32,000 nucleotides of DNA, taken from the NCBI GenBank assembly GCA_041661045.1, contig JBAZVE010000001.1:870001-902000 (forward strand), in the 5' to 3' direction. The stretch is from Candidatus Saccharimonadota bacterium (GTDB lineage Bacteria; Patescibacteriota; Gracilibacteria; UBA1369; 2-02-FULL-48-14). The notes below the pieces were generated by a model, which saw only the letters and a program-made list of their open reading frames with translations, made no database searches and was not told where the DNA came from. Below, one piece after another: positions 16,351-23,221 of this stretch. How positions within the stretch are numbered: the first letter of the stretch is position 1; each line of letters opens with the position of its first letter. Position numbers and translations under genes: made by a program.

Positions 16351-16466
16351 CCTTTTTATACTGTCTCAAATGTCTCATTTAGCCTGAAACGCCATAGTTG
16401 TGTCTCACGGCAAGAGACACTACAATGAGACAGCCCAAAGGGTACTAGACCCGAGTGGCCAGCCAA
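16351..16466 (+). repeat. Cassette-boundary repeat copy A (long form, modules 1+2+3)
   Basis: Module 1 is CCTTTTTATACTGTCTCAAATGTCTCATT. Module 2 is TAGCCTGAAACGCCATAGTTGTGTCTCACGGCAAGAGACACTACAATGAGACAGCC. Module 3 (core) is CAAAGGGTACTAGACCCGAGTGGCCAGCCAAT, with the core GGG starting at 16440. Confidence 0.9.
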
Positions 16467-16541
16467 TTAAAAATGGGAAGTAGTCAAGTTTTTCAGCGAA
16501 AATTTTTGAAGTGATTCATATCATGCTATGATTGCGATCAT

Positions 16542-17621
16542 ATGAAATCACTTTATTGGAAGTTGCCACTTTTTCTTACTGTCTCTCTTGGTCTACTCGG
16601 AGCGATATGGCTAGGGGTAACTGTCTATCCAAATTTAACGCTTCCGATCTGTGGGGAAAAGGGTGAGTCCTCACCTGCAGTAGCGAAATCTTACGATCAA
16701 TTGTCGGTTTCCAATGAATCAATTGAGTCAGGGTCGATTTGTGATCAGGTGATTGGGATGGAGAATGTCGATGCGAGTCGTACGGATTGTTCTGTTTCCT
16801 GGGTAGATGAAGAAGGGTCCACTGCCTTCCTGGTGGCAACACGCACAAATACCTGTAGAACGCATGGCCAGAAGGAACCATTTAAAAAATACTTTTTCAG
16901 CATTTTATCTGAAAACCTTGTCTTCCCAATCACGGACTTGGCGCAATTCCCGACTTTGAATGCAGAAGGCATGGAAAATGTCGCACACTATGCAAATCAG
17001 TATGGGCTTGAATCGCTCGATTATTTTGTTGGGCAATATGCGTATTTTTGGGGAAAGAAAAATGATGTCACATGCGAGGATATGGAACTTAACGGCGCCA
17101 TCATGGAGCATTGTCGCTTTACTGCTATTAACGATCTTTATCCTGATTACGATGCTTACGCTAATAGCGTGAACTTGCTACTTAAAGAGTACAAAGATTG
17201 TAACGCTATGCGCGATAAAATGGGGTATGATGATGGAGAATATGGATCGTATTACAGTGGCAAGGTTAATACTATTCTTTCAGCATGCGCAATGACTTAT
17301 GCGCAAGAGAATAGTGACGCTTATTACTGCCTTGACCATTTCTTTGGAGAAAAAGAGGAGGGATTTGCTGGTCGCTACGAATGTGTGGAGAGGTCGACGA
17401 ATAATGTCAGTGTGGAATATTGTGACTCATTGCCAAGCAATGCGCAGGACAAGAGCAGAATGACCCCTGCATGTTATGAAGCCCTGGCCTGGGTGACACT
17501 CGATGAAAACTATTGCGACAAAATTGAATACCCTGGAAATGGCAGTGAGGAGTATTTTATAGCTCAATGCAAAGATGAAGTTCTTCAACTGAAATCTGGA
17601 GAAAAACCTCTACTAGAATAG
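16542..17621 (+). CDS. Membrane-anchored Cys-rich extracytoplasmic protein, unknown function
   Basis: 359-aa ORF with an N-terminal TM (LPLFLTVSLGLLGAIWLGVTV) and about 20 cysteines spread through the soluble part. Its stop TAG (17619-17621) is the first triplet of repeat copy B. Confidence 0.75.
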   Translation: MKSLYWKLPLFLTVSLGLLGAIWLGVTVYPNLTLPICGEKGESSPAVAKSYDQLSVSNESIESGSICDQVIGMENVDASRTDCSVSWVDEEGSTAFLVATRTNTCRTHGQKEPFKKYFFSILSENLVFPITDLAQFPTLNAEGMENVAHYANQYGLESLDYFVGQYAYFWGKKNDVTCEDMELNGAIMEHCRFTAINDLYPDYDAYANSVNLLLKEYKDCNAMRDKMGYDDGEYGSYYSGKVNTILSACAMTYAQENSDAYYCLDHFFGEKEEGFAGRYECVERSTNNVSVEYCDSLPSNAQDKSRMTPACYEALAWVTLDENYCDKIEYPGNGSEEYFIAQCKDEVLQLKSGEKPLLE

Positions 17622-17705
17622 TCTGAAACGCCATCGTTGTGTCTCACGGCAAGAGCCACTACAATGAGACAGCCTAAAGGGTACTAGACCCGAGTGGCCA
17701 GCCAT
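17619..17705 (+). repeat. Cassette-boundary repeat copy B (modules 2+3)
   Basis: TAGTCTGAAACGCCATCGTTGTGTCTCACGGCAAGAGCCACTACAATGAGACAGCCTAAAGGGTACTAGACCCGAGTGGCCAGCCAT. Core at 17679-17704. Confidence 0.9.
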
Positions 17706-17756
17706 TCTAGCTTTTTGTACACTAATCTGTTATAATAAGGAGATTTATTTTATATT

Positions 17757-18170
17757 ATGTCATCAACTCGTGAAGCACCTTCTGGCAATTTAGATCCTAG
17801 TAAGGAACAAAAATTTTTAGGTGAAAATAGAGAAATCTTGGGTGATTTACTTGCAGATGAACCAGAGAAGCGCGCAGAGGCTATGTAATCACTTTTTTCA
17901 GAACTTGAACAAGCTAAGGATGTTGACTATAAAGTAGTTTTAACAAAGTTAGTTGAAAAAGGATTTTTAGCTACCGAGTCTGCTTCGGTAGGAGAAAGAT
18001 TCTCGCTTGGGTTTTACTACGATCGAGGAGGGGAGCAGCAATCGATCTACAGGATGGATTTGCAAAAAGATGAAGCTGGTGAAACCCTTACTTTAACTCG
18101 TAATCCTGCTCAAGTAAGAGAAGAAACAGCAAAGAAATTAAGAGATCTTGAAAAAGAAATAGGCCAATAG
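17757..18170 (+). pseudogene. 137-codon reading frame interrupted by one in-frame TAA (17886-17888); unknown function
   Basis: Hand translation gives MSSTREAPSGNLDPSKEQKFLGENREILGDLLADEPEKRAEAM*SLFSELEQAKDVDYKVVLTKLVEKGFLATESASVGERFSLGFYYDRGGEQQSIYRMDLQKDEAGETLTLTRNPAQVREETAKKLRDLEKEIGQ*. AAGGAG lies at 17737-17742. The 94 codons after the TAA are stop-free and have no in-frame start before 18054. Confidence 0.5.
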
Positions 18171-18173
18171 ATG

Positions 18174-18208
18174 CAAGGGTACTAGACCCGCTTAGCCAGC
18201 CATTACGG
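18174..18208 (+). repeat. Cassette-boundary repeat copy C (module 3 only)
   Basis: CAAGGGTACTAGACCCGCTTAGCCAGCCATTACGG. The core starts at 18177, 6 nt after the stop at 18168-18170. Confidence 0.85.
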
Positions 18209-18359
18209 GCACTTTGAAAGCCTATGACCCACTTTCCTAGGGAGAAGGGGAACATAAGGCTAGGTTTTGTTTTGGGCGTAGGTATCCGTAAAGGAATTGT
18301 TGACATGACTCAAACGCCAGGCCATGATTAATTGATAGAAATATCTCCATTATAGCGCT

Positions 18360-20048
18360 ATGCAGAAGACCGTCGTCATTTTCGGTGCTGGCGTCGCGGG
18401 GCTGAGTGCCGCTCATGAATTTTCACGATTGGGATATCAAGTGACGATTTATGAATCGAATCCGGATGCGGGAGGGTTTTTTAGAAGTGCACGAATGGAC
18501 AAAGATCAAGGGATGCCGTCTGAATATTCGTGGCATGGTTTTGGTCCCTGGTATCACAATACCTATGACATCATGAGACAGATTCCATTTGATGACCACA
18601 ATAGCGTTTATGATAAAAGTCTTTCGAGACCGATCAATTATGGCATCGCCCATGATCAGACAAATGAAGATGAGGATGTGAACGACTGCTTTAGAGCCTT
18701 GAAACGATTTCGAATGACAATGTGGGACAAAATGCGATGGGCAATCTTGCTTTTTAAAACATGGAGTGCAAATAATCGTACAAAGGAATATTACTCAAGG
18801 CTCAATGCTTCTGATGCATGGAAACCGATCATGAGCGATCGGGGCTGGAAAACATGGCGCTCCACCTTTGGCCCTTGGGTTGGTTCTGATTGGACGCGCG
18901 TATCGCTGCATCATGTCGGACAATTTTTTCGTCGCAATCTCATGTCCGGAGAAAGGCACGAGCATAAATCTGATGATGAAGGAGAAGAATGGTCACAGGG
19001 TGCAGGTGATGGTTGGCTTCTGCTTCGTGGACCAAGCAACGAATTCTGGTTTGATAAATGGGTAAAATATCTTCAAGAAAAGGGGGTGAAGATGCTTTGG
19101 CAAACATCACTTCGTAAGCTGGTCTATAACGGTAAAAGTATCACAGGAGCATGCTTGTCATCTGGAGAGATGGTGCATGCAGATATTTATGTCGTTGCGA
19201 TAAATCCTTTTTCTGCTGCTGATATTTTTGATCAGACACCGGAGCTTGCAGCTCTGGACGAACTGCGTTTTTTTAGACCCCTTATAGGCGATGGTCCACA
19301 TACGCAGGTCTCTTTCCATTTAGCATTTTCCGAACGAGTATCTTGGCCCAAAGAAAGAAGTGCGCTTCTTCTGCCCGATTCGGAATTCAATCTGACTCTT
19401 TTCCCAGAAGAACAAGTGTGGTCAGAAGATGTGGTGCTTGGCGACGGTGTTGTTTCATTATGGACCGGTACCGCCTGCGTCTCATCAGTGCCTGGGAGAA
19501 AATATGGTCTAGCACTTTCCCATTGTACAAAAGAACAGTTCATTGAAGAAATAAAAGACCAACTTTCTCGCTGTGCGGAATTGAATCTCCTGTTGAAGCA
19601 AGCAAATCAAGGAAGAGAGTTAAAAGATTTTTCTTTGTTAAGAATTGAAGTCTGGCATGAGTGGCAATTTTCTTCAGCAGGTATCAAACCACGCCAGCCC
19701 AAGTGGGTCATGAGCAATCATACTCAGCCCTACCTGCCCAGCCAACGAACACCAGTTCCAAATTTGCTTCTCGCAGGTGCTCACACGAAAACAGACGCAG
19801 ATATTTGGAGTATCGAGGCTGCGGTTGAGAGTGGCCGACGAGCCGCAAAAATCATCGAACCTGAGGTTCATGTTATTGAGCAATACAAGCCAAGCTGGCT
19901 TCGTGCAATCAGTGCAATCGATGACATTTGTTTCCGCTTGAGACTCCCTCATGTCCTCGATATCCTCCTCATTATTGTTTCTGTAATCATAATTCTTTTC
20001 CTAGTGAGACTATCCCTGCGGATTACCTGGTACATATCCTTTTTCTAG
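18360..20048 (+). CDS. FAD-dependent oxidoreductase (amine oxidase / phytoene desaturase-like fold) with a C-terminal TM anchor
   Basis: 562 aa. N-terminal dinucleotide fold VVIFGAGVAGLSAAHEFSRLGYQVTIYESNPDAGG. C-terminal FAD motif LLLAGAHTKTD..WSIEAAVESGRRAA. Terminal hydrophobic helix VLDILLIIVSVIIILFLV. Confidence 0.85.
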   Translation: MQKTVVIFGAGVAGLSAAHEFSRLGYQVTIYESNPDAGGFFRSARMDKDQGMPSEYSWHGFGPWYHNTYDIMRQIPFDDHNSVYDKSLSRPINYGIAHDQTNEDEDVNDCFRALKRFRMTMWDKMRWAILLFKTWSANNRTKEYYSRLNASDAWKPIMSDRGWKTWRSTFGPWVGSDWTRVSLHHVGQFFRRNLMSGERHEHKSDDEGEEWSQGAGDGWLLLRGPSNEFWFDKWVKYLQEKGVKMLWQTSLRKLVYNGKSITGACLSSGEMVHADIYVVAINPFSAADIFDQTPELAALDELRFFRPLIGDGPHTQVSFHLAFSERVSWPKERSALLLPDSEFNLTLFPEEQVWSEDVVLGDGVVSLWTGTACVSSVPGRKYGLALSHCTKEQFIEEIKDQLSRCAELNLLLKQANQGRELKDFSLLRIEVWHEWQFSSAGIKPRQPKWVMSNHTQPYLPSQRTPVPNLLLAGAHTKTDADIWSIEAAVESGRRAAKIIEPEVHVIEQYKPSWLRAISAIDDICFRLRLPHVLDILLIIVSVIIILFLVRLSLRITWYISFF

Positions 20049-20804
20049 CTGTTGAATTAAATGGACGACTGCTTCAGGAAAATTAAAACCAAAGCGATAA
20101 TAAGATTCCGGTTTTAGTAAGGTATTAGTATCCACTACCCATATTTTTCCCTCCGGGTCGACTAATAGATTTTGCTGATCTAGGCCTGGGATATCTGGGA
20201 CACATTTCAACTCTCTGCCCATCGATTCAAAAGAACGGAGTATTTCTTCTAAAGAATTTCTAAATTGAGGTCTTTCTGCAATGGGGCCTCTGGATGCTTC
20301 TATAATTGTGTTTGGAGCTGGAATGCCTTCTTGAATCATAAAAGGATTTGTTCTCATTGCTATTGCAAACTCGTTATCTGCTTCAAATTGAGTGCTTGAT
20401 CCAAAAAAAAGTGTGTCTGGCACACTACCCTCAAAGTAGTGCTCAACAGCGGTATGTTCAACAGCATGCCTAGTAAATATTTTTTCAAGATCTCCTCTGT
20501 CTGGTGGCATGACAGAAAATCTACCCTCCGAAACCAATACTTTTACATAGCAATTACCAATTGCGAAAACCAAATATCTTTTTCCTCGGTGGCGTCTATC
20601 TACCAATACTGCTTTTCCTGAGCTTTCTAACAAACAGTTTAGCAGAGCTGCTTTGGACCGTTCTAGTAAAACCTGATTACTATTTGTGCGAGCTTTATGT
20701 AAATCCCCCTTCGGTCCAATTTTTTCGAGTTCAGTTAGTCTGTCTCGTACTTTCATCTCAGTTTCGAAGGGTGGAAAGTCTTGTAAAGTTTTTTGATGGT
20801 CCAT
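20010..20804 (-). CDS. Hypothetical protein, possibly an atypical protein-kinase-like fold
   Basis: 264-aa ORF. The weak kinase-like features are YLVFAIGNCYVKVL (a beta3-Lys-like segment) and LDQQNLLVDPEGKIWVVDTN (catalytic-loop and DFG-like). It is convergent with 18360..20048 and overlaps it by 39 nt. Confidence 0.6.
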   Translation of the reverse strand: MDHQKTLQDFPPFETEMKVRDRLTELEKIGPKGDLHKARTNSNQVLLERSKAALLNCLLESSGKAVLVDRRHRGKRYLVFAIGNCYVKVLVSEGRFSVMPPDRGDLEKIFTRHAVEHTAVEHYFEGSVPDTLFFGSSTQFEADNEFAIAMRTNPFMIQEGIPAPNTIIEASRGPIAERPQFRNSLEEILRSFESMGRELKCVPDIPGLDQQNLLVDPEGKIWVVDTNTLLKPESYYRFGFNFPEAVVHLIQQLEKGYVPGNPQG

Positions 20805-20876
20805 GATTATGCGGTCGAAGATGGTTGTAGATTATTACATCCCCTCTTTTGGATGTAAATAGTGCAAAGATTGGGA

Positions 20877-20950
20877 CGGTTGTATCTCACGGCAAGAGAC
20901 ACTACAATGAGCCAGCCAAAAAGGGTACTAGACCTGAATGGCCAGCCAAT
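20877..20950 (+). repeat. Cassette-boundary repeat copy D (partial module 2 + module 3)
   Basis: CGGTTGTATCTCACGGCAAGAGACACTACAATGAGCCAGCCAAAAAGGGTACTAGACCTGAATGGCCAGCCAAT. Core at 20923-20948. Confidence 0.9.
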
Positions 20951-20969
20951 CTAACTTAACCCAACAGTC

Positions 20970-21767
20970 ATGTCATATCTCCGTCGTTTGCTGCCGTGGT
21001 TGGTTTTGGATGTATTTTTCACTTTGGAGTTTCATCTATACCCGCTTAGGTTACTGGGCATAATGATTTATAACGATGCTTATCTGGTGCTCACAATGTT
21101 TCCGCACTTTGTTTTCTTTCTAATTTTTGGATATGTGTTTGCACGGCGAGGAGAACCTTTGAAAGTCATCCTTCGGGACGGTAGCTTTATTCTTTTCGTT
21201 TCTATCGTAGTGGCTCTTGTGAAGTATTTCTTTATCAGTCAGTCTGCTTTGTTCGATGCTGGCACGCTTTTTTCCATCTTAATAATGCTTCCGATTAGTC
21301 TCATCCCCTATTATGCCGCCTTGTTTCTAGGAATTTCAGTTTATAAGCTTAAGATGAAGGCAGTCGTTGATCGTAATAATCCTGATTTCTTTTCCTTAAA
21401 ATCGATCTTTCTACTTTCATTGAAGCCTACACTGATCTTATCGATTTTTGTTTTCCTCTTGGATGCTTATGTTTTATGGAATGGTTTCGAAGTAGGTCCT
21501 CTTTTGAGCCTTTCTTTTGTTCTATTGAATCCTATTTCTATGATAGACCTGGATATTTTCCGTGATTTAATCGTCAGGTTCCCAATCACGATTCTCTACC
21601 TCTTTGTCTTTATTTTTTTAGTAACCCTACTCTACAAACGATCTAAAAGATCTGGCTTGAGTAGAGTGCGAAAAGGCTTGTTTTATGTAGGGATAGTAGC
21701 TGTGGTGCTTTTATATCTTCTACAATCTTTTCTCTTTTTATATATAATGGCTTTGGGTGGAATTTAA
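20970..21767 (+). CDS. Polytopic membrane protein, unknown function
   Basis: 265-aa ORF with about 8 hydrophobic segments. Its stop TAA (21765-21767) is followed 2 nt later by repeat core E. Confidence 0.7.
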   Translation: MSYLRRLLPWLVLDVFFTLEFHLYPLRLLGIMIYNDAYLVLTMFPHFVFFLIFGYVFARRGEPLKVILRDGSFILFVSIVVALVKYFFISQSALFDAGTLFSILIMLPISLIPYYAALFLGISVYKLKMKAVVDRNNPDFFSLKSIFLLSLKPTLILSIFVFLLDAYVLWNGFEVGPLLSLSFVLLNPISMIDLDIFRDLIVRFPITILYLFVFIFLVTLLYKRSKRSGLSRVRKGLFYVGIVAVVLLYLLQSFLFLYIMALGGI

Positions 21768-21796
21768 AAGGGTACTAAACTCGAGTGGCCAGCCAA
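21768..21796 (+). repeat. Cassette-boundary repeat copy E (module 3 only)
   Basis: AAGGGTACTAAACTCGAGTGGCCAGCCAA. Core at 21770-21795. Confidence 0.85.
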
Positions 21797-21850
21797 AGTG
21801 GATGGCCACTAAATAATTAAGAATCTACTTACTCACTATCTATTCGTAAA

Positions 21851-22291
21851 ATGGAAGACCCTTCAGAATCTGATCTGGACATTGAATCTACGGATTCATG
21901 GTCGTTACAAATGACTTTGTTACTGGGTGCTTTTGACAAAGTTTCCCAAAAATTAGCTGGGTATGGAAATGATTCGGCAAACGCGTTAGAGTTCCTTTCC
22001 GAATTGAGATCTAAAGTCCTTCGTGTACAGGAACTTGGAGAAGCGGTTTTTCAAGATTCAGATTCGGAGCACTATAAAGATCTATTTAGTGTTCAGGGGT
22101 CAGGAGTGCGAGACTATGAATCTTTGATGCTTGAGCTCCTTGTTCGAATAGCTGGACTAATTTGTGTCCCAGAATTTTTTTATACACTTTCTCAACCAAG
22201 TGAACTGGCTAGCCTACCAAATGGAGCTACTCAACTTGCCAGTTTCTACCAGAAATTAGAGGCTCATTTAAATAGAGAAGGTGCTTTTTAA
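21851..22291 (+). CDS. Acidic soluble hypothetical protein
   Basis: 146-aa ORF with no TM and no recognisable motif. Its stop TAA (22289-22291) directly abuts repeat copy F. Confidence 0.65.
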   Translation: MEDPSESDLDIESTDSWSLQMTLLLGAFDKVSQKLAGYGNDSANALEFLSELRSKVLRVQELGEAVFQDSDSEHYKDLFSVQGSGVRDYESLMLELLVRIAGLICVPEFFYTLSQPSELASLPNGATQLASFYQKLEAHLNREGAF

Positions 22292-22323
22292 GGGTACTTG
22301 CTTCTTCACCCCAGCCATTACGG
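22292..22323 (+). repeat. Cassette-boundary repeat copy F (degenerate module 3)
   Basis: GGGTACTTGCTTCTTCACCCCAGCCATTACGG. It keeps the GGGTACT start and the CCAGCCATTACGG end, the same end as copy C, while the middle has diverged. Confidence 0.6.
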
Positions 22324-22363
22324 AAGTTTTAAAGTCTAGATGTAGAGCCATTAATCAATAGTA

Positions 22364-22780
22364 ATGAAGAGTCTGTTTCTTTTACTCGCTGCGCCCATTT
22401 TACTGCTCACCTGCGCTTCACCTTGGCCAGATCCGGTTAGCTTTTCTTTTGTTGAGCCGACCGAAGGAAGTGAATGGGATATAACATCACCTCAATCCAT
22501 ACAGTGGGAAAGCAGTGGAGCGGGTGATGACTATACTTTGGTTTTATGGCTGTCCGATGGTTTTATTATTGGAAACTACTTTCTTGAAGACGGACAATTT
22601 ATATGGGAGGATCGGACAGTTTATAATGGTGACATTGGAAAGCGCATAGAGCGGCCAGGGAACTACACTCTTAAAGGTCAGATCTATGACGGTCCTGCAT
22701 GCCTGACAGGTGAGGGATGTGAGAATGTGGTGAATGGTAAAATAGTGGCTGAAGATGAAGTAGACATTAGATTAAAATGA
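22364..22780 (+). CDS. Small lipoprotein, paralog of 30371..30802
   Basis: 138 aa with lipobox LLLTC. It shares W..I.W, PGNYTL/PGKYTL and C.TGEGC motifs with the 143-aa lipoprotein. Confidence 0.75.
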   Translation: MKSLFLLLAAPILLLTCASPWPDPVSFSFVEPTEGSEWDITSPQSIQWESSGAGDDYTLVLWLSDGFIIGNYFLEDGQFIWEDRTVYNGDIGKRIERPGNYTLKGQIYDGPACLTGEGCENVVNGKIVAEDEVDIRLK

Positions 22781-22791
22781 AGCAGTCTCAT

Positions 22792-22808
22792 GGGTACTGG
22801 ACCTGCTT
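22792..22808 (+). repeat. Cassette-boundary repeat copy G (truncated module 3)
   Basis: GGGTACTGGACCTGCTT, 11 nt after the stop at 22778-22780. It ends at the ATG of the next gene (22809). Confidence 0.55.
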
Positions 22809-23141
22809 ATGAAAAAAAATGGATCCAATAGACGAATATTTAGAAAGATCCTGTTTATTTTTGGGTCATTTCTTGCGCTTGCAGTACTTATTATTGGACT
22901 GGTTATTCTTTTGGAGATATTGCCTCGGGATAGGTGGGACGGGTTCTCCAGAGAAGAGAAGTTGGTGTGTAAGGACGCGGGGGGAAATTACTCTCTCTTA
23001 AATGGTTGTGGTGATTCGTGTGGTCTCCTTTCAGGAGAAGTGGCTTGCATCACATCCTTTTCTTACGCATGTGACTGTGGATCTAATCAATGTTGGGACG
23101 GGATAGAGTGCGTGAGTAATGAATCTTTTGGAAGTAAGTAA
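22809..23141 (+). CDS. Membrane-anchored small Cys-rich protein (8 Cys), duplicate of 29616..29948
   Basis: 110 aa with an N-terminal TM (ILFIFGSFLALAVLIIGLVILL) and the domain CKDAGGNYSLLNGCGDSCGLLSGEVACITSFSYACDCGSNQCWDGIEC. It differs from the second copy by about 13 substitutions in 110 aa. Confidence 0.8.
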   Translation: MKKNGSNRRIFRKILFIFGSFLALAVLIIGLVILLEILPRDRWDGFSREEKLVCKDAGGNYSLLNGCGDSCGLLSGEVACITSFSYACDCGSNQCWDGIECVSNESFGSK

Positions 23142-23142
23142 T

Positions 23143-23165
23143 CCCAAAAGGTACTCGAACCCGTT
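23143..23165 (+). repeat. Cassette-boundary repeat copy H (degenerate module 3 start)
   Basis: CCCAAAAGGTACTCGAACCCGTT, compared with CCCAAAGGGTACTAGACCCGAG in copy A. The GGCCAGCC end is replaced by a local hairpin. Confidence 0.55.
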
Positions 23166-23182
23166 GTCCTGAGGAGCACGGG
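23160..23182. terminator. Hairpin between convergent genes (possible bidirectional terminator)
   Basis: CCCGTTGTCCTGAGGAGCACGGG has outer pairing CCCGT/ACGGG and inner pairing TCC/GGA with a two-mismatch interior. It lies between the 110-aa gene (+) and the 487-aa gene (-). There is no clear U-tract. Confidence 0.3.
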
Positions 23183-23221
23183 CATTAGGAGATTTGAGCG
23201 ACTGGTGTGTGGTGCTACTTC

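Noticed and set aside
16440-16465. tRNA-like T-arm or 3'-CCA end in the core (GGGTACTAGACCC ... GCCAGCCA)
   Set aside because: The stem is only 4 bp with a 5-nt loop, against the 5 bp and 7-nt TPsiC loop of a T-arm. There is no acceptor-stem partner or other tRNA arm nearby. No tRNA or tmRNA gene can be supported anywhere in the window.
18088-18306. Minus-strand 72-aa ORF
   Set aside because: It reads across repeat copy C and overlaps the 3' end of the plus-strand interrupted frame. It has no supporting features.
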